Shown here piece after piece: positions 9,605 through 19,413 of a stretch of DNA of 35,084 bases (its first letter is position 1; every line of letters starts with the position of its first letter). The stretch comes from Campylobacterota bacterium (GTDB taxonomy: Bacteria; Campylobacterota; Campylobacteria; Campylobacterales; Sulfurimonadaceae): NCBI GenBank assembly GCA_034717975.1, contig JAYEMF010000067.1:1-35084 (forward strand), read 5' to 3'. The position numbers were made by a program, and so were the translations under genes. The notes beneath the pieces were generated by a model. The model made no database searches and was not told the DNA's origin. It was given only the letters and a program-made list of their open reading frames with translations.

Positions 9605-11490
9605 TACATTCCCTCCAGAGCACTAAGCATAGAGACTGACATAACAGCGATCCCTGCCAGGATATATAGCGCATAATAGCGCACTTTGCCGTTTTGCAGC
9701 TGGGCAAACAGGGCAGCGGCAGATCTGTAACTATTGACTAAAAGATGAATCACGCCATCAAACCCATGGCGATCGATCACCCGGTCAAACAGGTTGCTCA
9801 TCCCCAGAAGCGGTCTGACAATAACGCCTTCATAGAGTTCATCGATATAAAACTTGTTGATGACAACACGTTTCCAAAGCACTTTACGCTCTGGCGGCAT
9901 GGCTTCTGTCGCAAAAAGTTTGTAGGCCAATCCCATACCGATGACTCCCATCAGAACGTTAAGAGCTCCAAGAAGATACTCTTCTGTGTGGGAGAGATGC
10001 AGATCGACATCAGGCAAAGCGATAAACGATGCGAACCAGTTACTGCCGCCATAAGCTTCATTCATTCCGAGAAAACCTGCCGTAGCACTGCCAATGGCCA
10101 ATGCCACCAGCGGCCACGTCATCGTTTTTGGCAAGTGATGAAGCGAGGTATGCTCTTCTCCCTTTGCATGAAAAACGGTAAAAAGCATCCGGAACATATA
10201 GAAAGCGGTCAGCAGAGCCGTCAGCGTACCCATCCCCCAGATAAGATAATGTTCCGAAGCAAAAGCTGCTGCCAGAATGGCATCTTTACTGAAGAAACCT
10301 GCAAACGGCGGGATACCGCTGATGGCCAGTGTCGCAATCAGCATGGTCAGATAGACCAGCTTCAGATGACGACGCAGCGCGCCCATTTTAAAAATATTCT
10401 GTTCATGATGCAGGGCGATGATCACGGCCCCCGCTCCCATAAACAGCAGTGCTTTGAAAAAGGCGTGGGTAAAGACATGAAAAATTCCACTGCTGTAGGC
10501 TCCAAGTCCGACCGCAATAAACATATAACCAAGCTGCGACATCGTCGAATAGGCAAGAATTTTTTTAATGTCATCCTGATAGATGGCAATAACAGCGGCG
10601 AAGAGTGCAGATACGGCACCGACCATAGCGATAATCTCGCCAATCTGAGGGATTTCATTGTATAAAAAGCCAAAACGGGCCACCATGTAAACACCGGCCG
10701 TGACCATCGTCGCCGCATGAATCAGTGCCGAAACCGGTGTCGGACCGGCCATCGCATCAGGCAACCAGACATAGAGCGGAATCTGTGCCGATTTCCCCAT
10801 CGCCCCGACAAAGAGCAAGAGACCTATCAGTGGCAACAAAGCCGTATCAACAGTGCCTATCTCAGCCTGAATCATTGCAAAGGTGTAGCCGCTTCCCTCC
10901 AGTGCAACAAACAGCAGGGCCAGTGCCATAATAAAACCAAAATCCCCTACCCGATTCAGGATAAAGGCTTTGTTTGCCGCCTTGACATTGGCAGGGTCAC
11001 TGTAGTAAAAACCGATCAGCAGATAGGATGAGAGTCCGACCAGCTCCCATCCGACAAACATGATGATAGGGTTGTCTGCGAGCACCAACAGCAGCATACT
11101 TCCCATAAAGAGATTGAAATAAGTGAAAAACTTGCCAAATGCCGGGTCACCCTTCATATACCCTGCGGCATAGATATGGATCAGCGTACCGATAAGCGTA
11201 ATAAACGAGATCATAACGACACTCAGCCGGTCGGCCATAAAAGCTACTGCTATCCTGAAATCACCCAGAGCGATCCACTCGAAGAGCGTTGTGTGAAACA
11301 CAGCATCCATTTCACGATGAAGCATCTCCCAGCCTACCGTTAAAGCGAGTACAGTACTCATGACAGGTGCTAATATCCCTACAAATGAATAGAACCGGTA
11401 GCGCTCTTTTGATGGATTGGCGAGATAGACAACGCCCAAAAAGAGTGCCGAAAAGAAGGGGATCAGGACAATATAGATCAATGCACTCAT
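9604..11490 (-). CDS. nuoL: NADH-quinone oxidoreductase subunit L
   Basis: GWELVGLSSYLLIGF, GKSAQIPLYVWLPDAMAGPTPVSALIHAATMV, HAFFKALLF motifs. Confidence 0.95.
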   Translation of the reverse strand: MSALIYIVLIPFFSALFLGVVYLANPSKERYRFYSFVGILAPVMSTVLALTVGWEMLHREMDAVFHTTLFEWIALGDFRIAVAFMADRLSVVMISFITLIGTLIHIYAAGYMKGDPAFGKFFTYFNLFMGSMLLLVLADNPIIMFVGWELVGLSSYLLIGFYYSDPANVKAANKAFILNRVGDFGFIMALALLFVALEGSGYTFAMIQAEIGTVDTALLPLIGLLLFVGAMGKSAQIPLYVWLPDAMAGPTPVSALIHAATMVTAGVYMVARFGFLYNEIPQIGEIIAMVGAVSALFAAVIAIYQDDIKKILAYSTMSQLGYMFIAVGLGAYSSGIFHVFTHAFFKALLFMGAGAVIIALHHEQNIFKMGALRRHLKLVYLTMLIATLAISGIPPFAGFFSKDAILAAAFASEHYLIWGMGTLTALLTAFYMFRMLFTVFHAKGEEHTSLHHLPKTMTWPLVALAIGSATAGFLGMNEAYGGSNWFASFIALPDVDLHLSHTEEYLLGALNVLMGVIGMGLAYKLFATEAMPPERKVLWKRVVINKFYIDELYEGVIVRPLLGMSNLFDRVIDRHGFDGVIHLLVNSYRSAAALFAQLQNGKVRYYALYILAGIAVMSVSMLSALEGM

Positions 11491-11801
11491 GCGCCCTCTT
11501 TTGTCTGCACTAAGTTTGCGAAGCTATCACTGTCAAGCGAACGTTTACTGCGTACTAGCTGAATGATCATCGCCAGGAAAACGGCGGCTTCTGCTGCAAT
11601 AACAGCGATCAGAAGCAGAACCATAACGGAGCCGTTCATATCGCCAAAAAGGCGTGAAAATGTCACCAGCAGAAGGTTGACAGCACTTAACATCAGCTCG
11701 ATCGACATATAGACCACGAAAAGATTTCTGCGACTGACAATGCCGATCAACCCCATACTAAAAAGCAGTGTAGCGAGCATAAAAAATGGTTCAGGCGTCA
11801 T
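11487..11801 (-). CDS. nuoK: NADH-quinone oxidoreductase subunit K
   Basis: 104 aa, three hydrophobic segments; RRN, SIELML and AAEAA motifs. Confidence 0.92.
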   Translation of the reverse strand: MTPEPFFMLATLLFSMGLIGIVSRRNLFVVYMSIELMLSAVNLLLVTFSRLFGDMNGSVMVLLLIAVIAAEAAVFLAMIIQLVRSKRSLDSDSFANLVQTKEGA

Positions 11802-12300
11802 GAGAACTCTCCTTTCTGGCTATAACGATGGCAGCGACCATCGCCGTGAGCAGCAGCACTGAGACAATTTCAAATGGCAGGACCCAGGAGCTGAAAAGTT
11901 CATCGCCCATCATCTTCAGGGTGCCATAACCCTCTTTTGTATTTTCAAAACTTCGATGCAGATAGGTCAACGACTTATACATCAATATGGAAAATGGGGT
12001 GACCAGAAGTGCTGAGAGGAGCATCCACTGCAGTTTCAGCGGCTCTTGAGGAAGATTTTCCTCTTTGAGGTTTACCGAAACAACGACCATCAATGCAAGT
12101 ACCACAACCGCACCGACAGAGACCATGATCTGTGCCAGAAAGAGAAAGCTGTTCTCCAGCAGGGCAAATATCCCGGCCAGTGCCAGCATAGCTACCATAA
12201 AGCTAAATGCACTAAAGAGCGTCTGCTTAAACCAGAGCATGCCGGCAGCACCGCCAACAAGAAAAAGCGCCAACATGGCAAATATACTATTTTCGAGCAC
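11791..12300 (-). CDS. nuoJ: NADH-quinone oxidoreductase subunit J
   Basis: AQIMVSVGAVVVL and PFEIVSVLLL motifs. GTG at 12300 with a GAGGAG RBS is preferred to the longer ORF start at 12369. Confidence 0.88.
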   Translation of the reverse strand: MLENSIFAMLALFLVGGAAGMLWFKQTLFSAFSFMVAMLALAGIFALLENSFLFLAQIMVSVGAVVVLALMVVVSVNLKEENLPQEPLKLQWMLLSALLVTPFSILMYKSLTYLHRSFENTKEGYGTLKMMGDELFSSWVLPFEIVSVLLLTAMVAAIVIARKESSHDA

Positions 12301-12811
12301 GGCTCTTCTCCTCTCCGAATGCACCTTTATGGGCAAGCAGCTGCTCCTTTTCCAGGAGAAAATCTTCACGTCTGTTACCGGTCAAAGAGAAGATACCTGT
12401 ATCCATCCGGATCGCATCACACGGGCAGGCTTCAACACAGTAGCCGCAAAAGACACACTCAAGGGTATCGATCGCAAAACGTTTAGGCATCTTCTCATCC
12501 ATCTCGTCTTCACGCTCTGTCGCTTCAATGAAGATACACTCTGACGGGCAGGCGGTCGCACACATAAAACAGGCCACACAGGCGATCGAATCATCTTCGC
12601 GATGCGTCAACCGATGCAGACCACGATAACGATCAGTGATATCAGTCGGCTGCTCTTCAGGATACTCCAGTGCATCAATGGCATTGGTGTCGGCAACATT
12701 CCCCATGAGATGTCTGAAGGTGATTTTCATACCCTCATAAACAGCCGGCAGGTAGAGTTTATCTTTCACGCTCCTGCCGTAACGCGGAACAACTTTGATC
12801 TTATGGTCCAT
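12287..12811 (-). CDS. nuoI: NADH-quinone oxidoreductase subunit I
   Basis: YPEE..RYRG; two CxxCxxCxxxCP [4Fe-4S] motifs. Confidence 0.95.
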   Translation of the reverse strand: MDHKIKVVPRYGRSVKDKLYLPAVYEGMKITFRHLMGNVADTNAIDALEYPEEQPTDITDRYRGLHRLTHREDDSIACVACFMCATACPSECIFIEATEREDEMDEKMPKRFAIDTLECVFCGYCVEACPCDAIRMDTGIFSLTGNRREDFLLEKEQLLAHKGAFGEEKSRARK

Positions 12812-14100
12812 CAGGTCACTCCCACGACGACAATTGCCGTAATAAAAAGATTGAGCAGGGAGAGCGGCAGCAGATAATACCAGCCAAGATGCTGTACCTG
12901 GTCATATCGAAAACGGGGAAGCGTCCAGCGCACCAGAATGAAAAAGAGATTGAAAAGCATCAGCTTGGTAACAAAAACAGCCACCTGCAGAAGTGTCACG
13001 GCGATAGACGTCCCCAAAGCTGAAGGGAAGAGAGTAAGGTAGAGCAAGATAGCTTCAATCAACAGCGTCATCCCGATCAGTGCAACGGTAAGTACTTTCG
13101 TCTCAAATTCCCGACTGCCATCGCTCACGACCGAAGAACGGACGCAATTGTTTTTTCGCATCCAGCGGATCATCCCGTAAACGATGAGCGGCAGGACGAA
13201 CATCAGGCCCCAGGCAAAATAAGTGAAGTGTTCCAGCAGATACGCCGTACTCACCCAGGGAAGCTGATAACCGCCAAAAAGCATCGTAATGATCACGGCA
13301 CTGGCCGTATTCATCGCCACATACTCCCCCATAAAATACATTGCGAACTTCATCGCCGTATATTCGGTCATATATCCGGCGACGATCTCACTCTCACCCT
13401 CGGAAACACTGAACGGAGCCCGATTGGTTTCGGCAAAAAGCGCAACGATAAAGATCACGGCAGCAAGCGGCTGAACGATCACACCCCAGGCCGGTAAAAA
13501 CCCCAGAAGCGTTCCGCTTTGCCACTGTACCATTGCATTAAAATCAATCGTATTGTAGGTAATGACAAAAGCAATAACGCTCAGGCCAAGCGGTAACTCA
13601 TAACTCAGCATCATAGAACCTGCACGCGAGGAGCCTAAAAGTGCGTATTTGTTATGGCTCAGCCAGCCGCCAAAAAAGATACCGATCACGCCAACCGCTC
13701 CGATCGCCATATACCACAGTACGCCATAATCAACCGGCAGCGGCTGAACAGGCAGACTCTCACCGTTAATAACGATATTGTCCGCAAAAGGGATCACCAT
13801 AAAAGCCAGCAGTGCCGCTACGAAAGTGATCACTGGCGCAAGCATCATCAGCCACCGGCCGCTCTTGATATGCGAAGGGTAATACTCCTCCTTCAAGACC
13901 AGTTTAACGACATCGGCAAATGACTGCACTACACCACCCAGACGGAACCCTGCGACATTGGTCCTGTTCGGTCCCAGACGGTCCTGTATCAGCCCCGCGC
14001 CACGCCGCTCCAGCCAGACCAGTATCGGGATCATCATCAGTGCCAGCAGAGCACCCAGTGCAAAGGAGCAGATAGCGACGATAATGGCTGCCAGACTCAT
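12811..14100 (-). CDS. nuoH: NADH-quinone oxidoreductase subunit H (long form, ~429 aa)
   Basis: ERR..QDRLGPN, ADVVKL, AETNRAPF, RWTLPRFRYDQ motifs; ATG at 14100 follows an AAGGAG RBS. Confidence 0.92.
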   Translation of the reverse strand: MSLAAIIVAICSFALGALLALMMIPILVWLERRGAGLIQDRLGPNRTNVAGFRLGGVVQSFADVVKLVLKEEYYPSHIKSGRWLMMLAPVITFVAALLAFMVIPFADNIVINGESLPVQPLPVDYGVLWYMAIGAVGVIGIFFGGWLSHNKYALLGSSRAGSMMLSYELPLGLSVIAFVITYNTIDFNAMVQWQSGTLLGFLPAWGVIVQPLAAVIFIVALFAETNRAPFSVSEGESEIVAGYMTEYTAMKFAMYFMGEYVAMNTASAVIITMLFGGYQLPWVSTAYLLEHFTYFAWGLMFVLPLIVYGMIRWMRKNNCVRSSVVSDGSREFETKVLTVALIGMTLLIEAILLYLTLFPSALGTSIAVTLLQVAVFVTKLMLFNLFFILVRWTLPRFRYDQVQHLGWYYLLPLSLLNLFITAIVVVGVT

Positions 14101-15488
14101 CGGCTTACTCCTTGCAGCAGATCGATCCATTCACTCACCGTCGGTACCGGCTCGTTACGGTAGACTGCTTTGGCACAGAACTGTTCGACTCCATCTTCAT
14201 TGCTAAGCGACCCTGAACTTTCAGAGAATGTAGCCAGCGGAAGGATCAGACCTGCATTCATCGCCTGATGTGTCTGGAAACTGATACATGCATCGGCCGT
14301 GAGCGCATCGGCATCAGGATGGTTGAAGTTGATCAAGAGCCCGATCGGTTCATCTTCTGGAATGTCAGTCGCAATACCAAGTTCTTCAACGGCTTTTGCA
14401 TTGGCTGCACGCTGTGAAGAGCGGAGCCAGTCATCACCAAAATCTTCATCCGCATAACACGCCATCGGAGCGTAAAGCTTCGCCCCGAGATCGTCTGCAA
14501 ATTTCTGAATTGCTTCGAGCTCTTCCGTATAAAGATTCGCATCTGCAAGCATAACAATCTTTTCACCATTTGCTTCAACCATATGTAGACATGCTGTCAC
14601 TGCCTTATCTTGTTCAACGACCTCTCCACTCACAAGTGATTCCAGTTGGCGATTTTCCTGGAGTGTTTTATAACTGAGGCGTCCCGCATCACAGATAAAA
14701 TGGCCGTTGACCTCGCTGTTCTCACGCGGTCGGAAACGGTAGATCCTGTCGTCCTTATATTTTTCACGGTTATGGTCAATAAAGATATTGCACCCTTTGG
14801 CACAACCGTGGCAGACCGATGGTGTCGATGTCAGAAACCAGACCCGCTGGGCAAAACGGAAATCCTTGCTAGTCAATGCTCCGACCGGACAGAGATCAAC
14901 GACATTCATAGCATACGGGTTGTCAAGCTTTTTCCCCGGCATCGTACTCACACAGGCGTGATCACCCCGTCCGATAATGCCAAGTTCGTGGGTTCCGGTG
15001 ATCTTATCGGTAAAACGTGTACAGCGGGCACACAGAACGCAACGCTCCTGATCAAGCATAACATTGCTGCCAAGATCGACATGTTTACGATGGTGGACTT
15101 TATCGGCCTGATCGATCTTCGAGTCATACAGGCCATGATCCATGTAAAAATCCTGGAGTTTACACTCACCCGCCTGATCGCAGACAGGACAGTCAACCGG
15201 GTGATTGATGAGTTCCAGCTCGAGGATATTTCGACGTACCCCGTCTATATTTTCCCCTTTGGTACGGACGATCATCCCCTCTTTTACCAAAGTATCGCAA
15301 GCGATCTGCGGCCGTTTCTGTCCCTCGATCTCCACCATACACATCCGGCAGTTTCCATCCGCACCCAGAGCTTCATGGTAACAGAAGTAAGGCACCTTGA
15401 TCTCGTGTTTGATAAGAAGATCGATAAGCAAAGAGCCTGTCTCTGCTGTAAGGCTCTCATTGTCGACCGTAATCTGCACCTGACTCAT
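14097..15488 (-). CDS. nuoG: NADH-quinone oxidoreductase subunit G (C-terminally shortened)
   Basis: FCYH..GNCRMC..C (N1b), HPVDCPVCDQAGEC (N5), CVLCARC..CPVG (N4), CHGCAKGC..ICD (N7-type); 463 aa. Confidence 0.88.
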   Translation of the reverse strand: MSQVQITVDNESLTAETGSLLIDLLIKHEIKVPYFCYHEALGADGNCRMCMVEIEGQKRPQIACDTLVKEGMIVRTKGENIDGVRRNILELELINHPVDCPVCDQAGECKLQDFYMDHGLYDSKIDQADKVHHRKHVDLGSNVMLDQERCVLCARCTRFTDKITGTHELGIIGRGDHACVSTMPGKKLDNPYAMNVVDLCPVGALTSKDFRFAQRVWFLTSTPSVCHGCAKGCNIFIDHNREKYKDDRIYRFRPRENSEVNGHFICDAGRLSYKTLQENRQLESLVSGEVVEQDKAVTACLHMVEANGEKIVMLADANLYTEELEAIQKFADDLGAKLYAPMACYADEDFGDDWLRSSQRAANAKAVEELGIATDIPEDEPIGLLINFNHPDADALTADACISFQTHQAMNAGLILPLATFSESSGSLSNEDGVEQFCAKAVYRNEPVPTVSEWIDLLQGVSR

Positions 15489-16735
15489 CGCGTTCCCTTC
15501 GCTTCAAATTCGCTGCGAAACTTACCGATGAATGAGCGGATAACGATCGCCACTGCCGGAGCAAAGACGCAGATAGTTTTGCCGTCCATTGTATCGGCCA
15601 GTTCCAGCAGTTTATCAAGATCTTCACCCGAGCCCTCGCCATCAAGCACTCTGCCTACCAAGGTATCACTCCAGCCTGTTCCTTCGCGGCACGGTGTACA
15701 CTGTCCGCATGATTCGTGATGATAAAATTCCAGCAGATTTTTCAGGGCTTCGACCATATCGGTATCTTCATCCATAACAATCATTCCGCCAGTGCCCAAT
15801 GCACTCCCCATCACTTTTAAGGTCTCGTAATCAAGGTTGGCACACGCCACCTCATCGGCTGTCAATACCGCGGTCGATGCACCGCCGGGAATGACGGCTT
15901 TCAATTTTTTTCCGCCGCGGACACCGCCGCCGAAGTGATTAATATACTCCAGCATCGGTGTACCGAACTCTGCTTCATACACTCCCGGGGTCTCTACATG
16001 GCCGCTCATGGCAAAGAGCAGTGTTCCGGGGCTGTGTTCTGTACCGAAGTCACGATGCCCTTTGGCACCGTGTTTAACTATATAGGGTACGGAAGCGATT
16101 GTTTCGACATTATTGACCAGAGTAGGATTGTCAAAATACCACTCCGGCTCTTTCTGTTTCGGTTTAAGCCGCGGATGCCCCCGTTTGCCCTCCATCGACT
16201 CCAGAAGTGCCGATTTTTCGCCACAGATATATGCACCTGCTCCACGATGGATCGTGATATCAAGACGATAGTCATGCCCCATTACTTTCTCTCCGAGAAT
16301 ACCCTCGGCATACGCTTCATCAATCGCCTGCTGAAGCGTCTGCTGAAACTGATAATATTCGCCACGAATGTAAATGTATGCGTCATGCGCTTTGATGGCA
16401 TAACAGGTGATGATGATCCCCTCTATCAGCAGATGCGGGTCTTTCGTGATGATCTGACGATCTTTGAACGTGCCCGGTTCGCTCTCGTCGCAGTTGACGG
16501 CAAGGTAAGAGGGCCGTTCATCATCTTGGGGCATCAGTGCCCATTTATTGCCCGCCGGTGCACCGCCGCCGCCCTTACCGCGCAGGCCGCTCTCTTTAAT
16601 GATCTCAATAATCGCTTCTGTTGAGAGTGCAAATGCCGATGCTACGGCGTTATAACCGCCGTGCTTCTTCGCCACCTGAAGGGTATGGCTGTTTTCAATG
16701 TCAAACTTTCGGCTTACAATTCGGCTCTCTCTCAT
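15485..16735 (-). CDS. nuoF: NAD(P)H-quinone oxidoreductase subunit F (FMN, cluster N3)
   Basis: SGLRGKGG, NCDESEPGTFKD, YIRGEY, GAGAYICGE, NNVET, ESCGQCTPCREG..C motifs. Confidence 0.93.
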   Translation of the reverse strand: MRESRIVSRKFDIENSHTLQVAKKHGGYNAVASAFALSTEAIIEIIKESGLRGKGGGGAPAGNKWALMPQDDERPSYLAVNCDESEPGTFKDRQIITKDPHLLIEGIIITCYAIKAHDAYIYIRGEYYQFQQTLQQAIDEAYAEGILGEKVMGHDYRLDITIHRGAGAYICGEKSALLESMEGKRGHPRLKPKQKEPEWYFDNPTLVNNVETIASVPYIVKHGAKGHRDFGTEHSPGTLLFAMSGHVETPGVYEAEFGTPMLEYINHFGGGVRGGKKLKAVIPGGASTAVLTADEVACANLDYETLKVMGSALGTGGMIVMDEDTDMVEALKNLLEFYHHESCGQCTPCREGTGWSDTLVGRVLDGEGSGEDLDKLLELADTMDGKTICVFAPAVAIVIRSFIGKFRSEFEAKGTR

Positions 16736-17202
16736 CTGAGTTCCTTCAGGATATCATCAATCTTTTCAGGGGTCAGATTTTCATAGTAGCGGTCGTTGAT
16801 CTGCATAACAGGTGCGGTACCACAAGAGCCAAGGCACTCTACCTGGGTCAATGTATAGCGCCCGTCTTCACTGCTCTCCCCCACGTTGATATCCAAACGC
16901 TTTTTGAGATGATCGAGCATCTCTGCTTTGCCGCACAGCGCACAGGAGAGTGTTTTACAGAGTTGGATATGGTACTTTCCGACCTCTTCAAGATTGAACA
17001 TCGTATAAAATGTTGCCACACGGTAGATCTCCATCGGCGGCGTGTCAGTCAGTTTGCCAATCTCCTCTATTGCCTCCAGCGAGATCATCCCCTCCTGGTA
17101 CTGTGCCATCCAGAGGCAGGGTAGCGAAAGTGCTTTTGGAGAGGGATAACGTTTTTTAAGTGCTTCGATCTTTTCCCGGTTTTCATTACTAAACGCGAAC
17201 AT
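16732..17202 (-). CDS. nuoE: NADH-quinone oxidoreductase subunit E
   Basis: VATFYTMF; CKTLSC..CLGSC [2Fe-2S] N1a motif. Confidence 0.93.
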   Translation of the reverse strand: MFAFSNENREKIEALKKRYPSPKALSLPCLWMAQYQEGMISLEAIEEIGKLTDTPPMEIYRVATFYTMFNLEEVGKYHIQLCKTLSCALCGKAEMLDHLKKRLDINVGESSEDGRYTLTQVECLGSCGTAPVMQINDRYYENLTPEKIDDILKELR

Positions 17203-18905
17203 TATCTATCCATCTCCCCGGCAATAATATTGAGGCTTCCCAAGGTCAAAATGGCATCCCCCACCTGATAATTCTCAATGATCTTCGGATAGGCTGCCAT
17301 ATGTACGAAACTCGGTGCTCTCACTTTTACTTTATAGGGTGTTCCACTGCCGTCACTCACAATATAGAATCCAAGCTCGCCATTGGCCGCTTCAAAAGCG
17401 CCATAATACTCCCCTTTGGGAACTTTAACCCCTTCATAGACCAGTTTAAACTGATTTATAGTCCCCTCGATGGTGTTATAGACAGCCGGTTTTGGCGGCA
17501 TCGTGATCCGGTGATCAGCTACATTGATCGGACCATCCGGGATCGACGCAGCTGCCTGACGGATAATACGCATACTCTGTAACATCTCTTCAAAACGTAC
17601 CATCAATCGGTCATAGGTATCGCCCACCGAACCGACGACCATATCAAAATCGAAGGTATCATAATAGTAGTGCGGTGAAGCAAAACGCAGATCGTACGCC
17701 ACGCCGCTTGCCCGAAGATTGGGACCGGTAAACCCATAGGCGATCGCCTGCTCGGCACTTACCGGCGAGACATCCTGCAGACGGTCCTGGAAGATGCGGT
17801 TATGCTCGGTCATCTTCAACGTCTCGGCGATACCGGTGTCAATCTTCTTCAGTACATCGTCGAGATCTTCTTTCCAGCCCTCATAGAGATCATGCGTCAT
17901 CCCGCCGATACGCATGTAGCTGTTGGTCAGTCGCGCACCGGTCAATTTACTTAAAAAGTCATACGCATCGTTACGCGGATTAAAGAGGTACCAGTAGTTC
18001 GTCTGCCCTCCCATATCTAGCAGTCCTGCTGCCAGACAGACAAGGTGATCGATAACACGGGAGAGTTCGGCAAGGATCACCCGGATAAAAATACCGCGAT
18101 CAGGCAGTGTGATGCCGATCATCTCCTCAACAGTTTTGACAAAAGCGATATTGTTCATCAATGCCGAACAGTAGTTCAGTCGATCCGTGTAGGGGATGAT
18201 CTGATTGTAAGTATGGTTTTCGCAACTCTTCTCAAAACCGCGGTGAAGGTAGCCGATCTCACTTGCCCCGGCAACAATCTTCTCACCATCAAGTGCTGCC
18301 AGCGTCCGGATGGTTCCGTGACTGGCCGGATGCGAAGGTCCCAGGTTCAGGATCATCAGTTGATCGCGTTCCTGATCCAGTCCCCTCTCCTCGAGCAGCG
18401 GATTCAACTCATCCATCATATCCTGTGTCTGGGTACACTGCTGCCCTTCGGTGATCTCATAATCTTTACGAAGCGGATGCCCTTTAAACTCATTGTGGTT
18501 AAGAATGCGTTTAGGGGTAGGATGGCTTTGAAAAACAATACCGTACTGGTCCCACACTTCACGTTCAAGCCACTCCGCCGCTTCAAAGAGAGGGACCAGA
18601 GTGGCAACACCCTCTTCCGGGTCACCCACAGCTACTTTCAAGGCCATAACTTCTTTAAAGCCACTATGTCGGAAGAGATATACCAGTTCAAATCGGCTTG
18701 AAGAGGGGTGCGGCATCGCGAGGTTGTCAACGGCTGTAATATCCAGCAGCAACGTGTAGCTCATCGCTTCTTTCATATAACGCACCATCTCAACCAGTTT
18801 TCCCGGTTCTGCCAGAATCATCGGCGTTGTACCCATCATTTTAAGTAACGAAGCGGTTTCAAACTGCTCCAATAACGGCTGACAAGGCATACACTCACTC
18901 TTCAT
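17202..18905 (-). CDS. nuoCD: Fused NADH-quinone oxidoreductase subunit C/D
   Basis: NuoC motifs (EREVWD, GHPLRKDY) are in frame with NuoD motifs (NLGPSHPASHG, IGYLHRGFEK, DRLNY, GEMDR); no NiFe CxxC pairs. Start at 18905 or 18890. Confidence 0.9.
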   Translation of the reverse strand: MKSECMPCQPLLEQFETASLLKMMGTTPMILAEPGKLVEMVRYMKEAMSYTLLLDITAVDNLAMPHPSSSRFELVYLFRHSGFKEVMALKVAVGDPEEGVATLVPLFEAAEWLEREVWDQYGIVFQSHPTPKRILNHNEFKGHPLRKDYEITEGQQCTQTQDMMDELNPLLEERGLDQERDQLMILNLGPSHPASHGTIRTLAALDGEKIVAGASEIGYLHRGFEKSCENHTYNQIIPYTDRLNYCSALMNNIAFVKTVEEMIGITLPDRGIFIRVILAELSRVIDHLVCLAAGLLDMGGQTNYWYLFNPRNDAYDFLSKLTGARLTNSYMRIGGMTHDLYEGWKEDLDDVLKKIDTGIAETLKMTEHNRIFQDRLQDVSPVSAEQAIAYGFTGPNLRASGVAYDLRFASPHYYYDTFDFDMVVGSVGDTYDRLMVRFEEMLQSMRIIRQAAASIPDGPINVADHRITMPPKPAVYNTIEGTINQFKLVYEGVKVPKGEYYGAFEAANGELGFYIVSDGSGTPYKVKVRAPSFVHMAAYPKIIENYQVGDAILTLGSLNIIAGEMDR

Positions 18906-19413
18906 CAAGTTTACCTTTGAATTCCGTGTTTCGCACTTCAAATGTCGGCTCTCTCCACAACTGCTTCTGGATCTGGATCACCGCATCAAGCATCGCCTCC
19001 GGACGCGGAGGACAACCGGCGACATAGACATCTACGGGAACGATCTCATCGATCCCCTGCAGTGTCGTGTAGTTGTCATAAAAACCGCCGGTGGAAGCAC
19101 AGGCACCGACCGCAATCACCCATTTTGGTTCCGGCATCTGATCGTAGATCTGCTTGAGAATGGGAGCCTGCTTATAGCTTACTGTTCCGGCAACAACCAG
19201 AAGGTCAGCATGACGAGGTGAAAATCGGAGTACCTCCGCACCAAAACGGGAAATATCGTAGCGGCTGGCCGCAGTTGCCATAAACTCGATCGCACAGCAG
19301 GCCGTACCGAACACAAACGGCCAGAGTGAGGACTGTCTGCCCCAGTTGACCACCGCATCCACTTTTGTTGTGACGATACTGTCGCCAAGCAGATTGCTGT
19401 TACTCAGGTCCAT
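18895..19413 (-). CDS. nuoB: NADH-quinone oxidoreductase subunit B
   Basis: GTACCAIE, SPRHAD, GACA and GCPPRPE motifs (cluster N2). Confidence 0.95.
   Translation of the reverse strand: MDLSNSNLLGDSIVTTKVDAVVNWGRQSSLWPFVFGTACCAIEFMATAASRYDISRFGAEVLRFSPRHADLLVVAGTVSYKQAPILKQIYDQMPEPKWVIAVGACASTGGFYDNYTTLQGIDEIVPVDVYVAGCPPRPEAMLDAVIQIQKQLWREPTFEVRNTEFKGKLDEE

Noticed and set aside
9745..10665. 306-aa plus-strand ORF
   Set aside because: Antisense shadow of nuoL with no recognisable motifs.
14646..15719. 357-aa plus-strand ORF (and similar ORFs at 15935-16624 and 18045-18701)
   Set aside because: Antisense to nuoG, nuoF and nuoCD; typical stop-poor reverse frames of well-conserved genes.
17202..19413. 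Group 4 NiFe hydrogenase instead of complex I
   Set aside because: The NuoD part lacks both CxxC Ni-binding motifs, and NuoB has the tandem CC typical of complex I.
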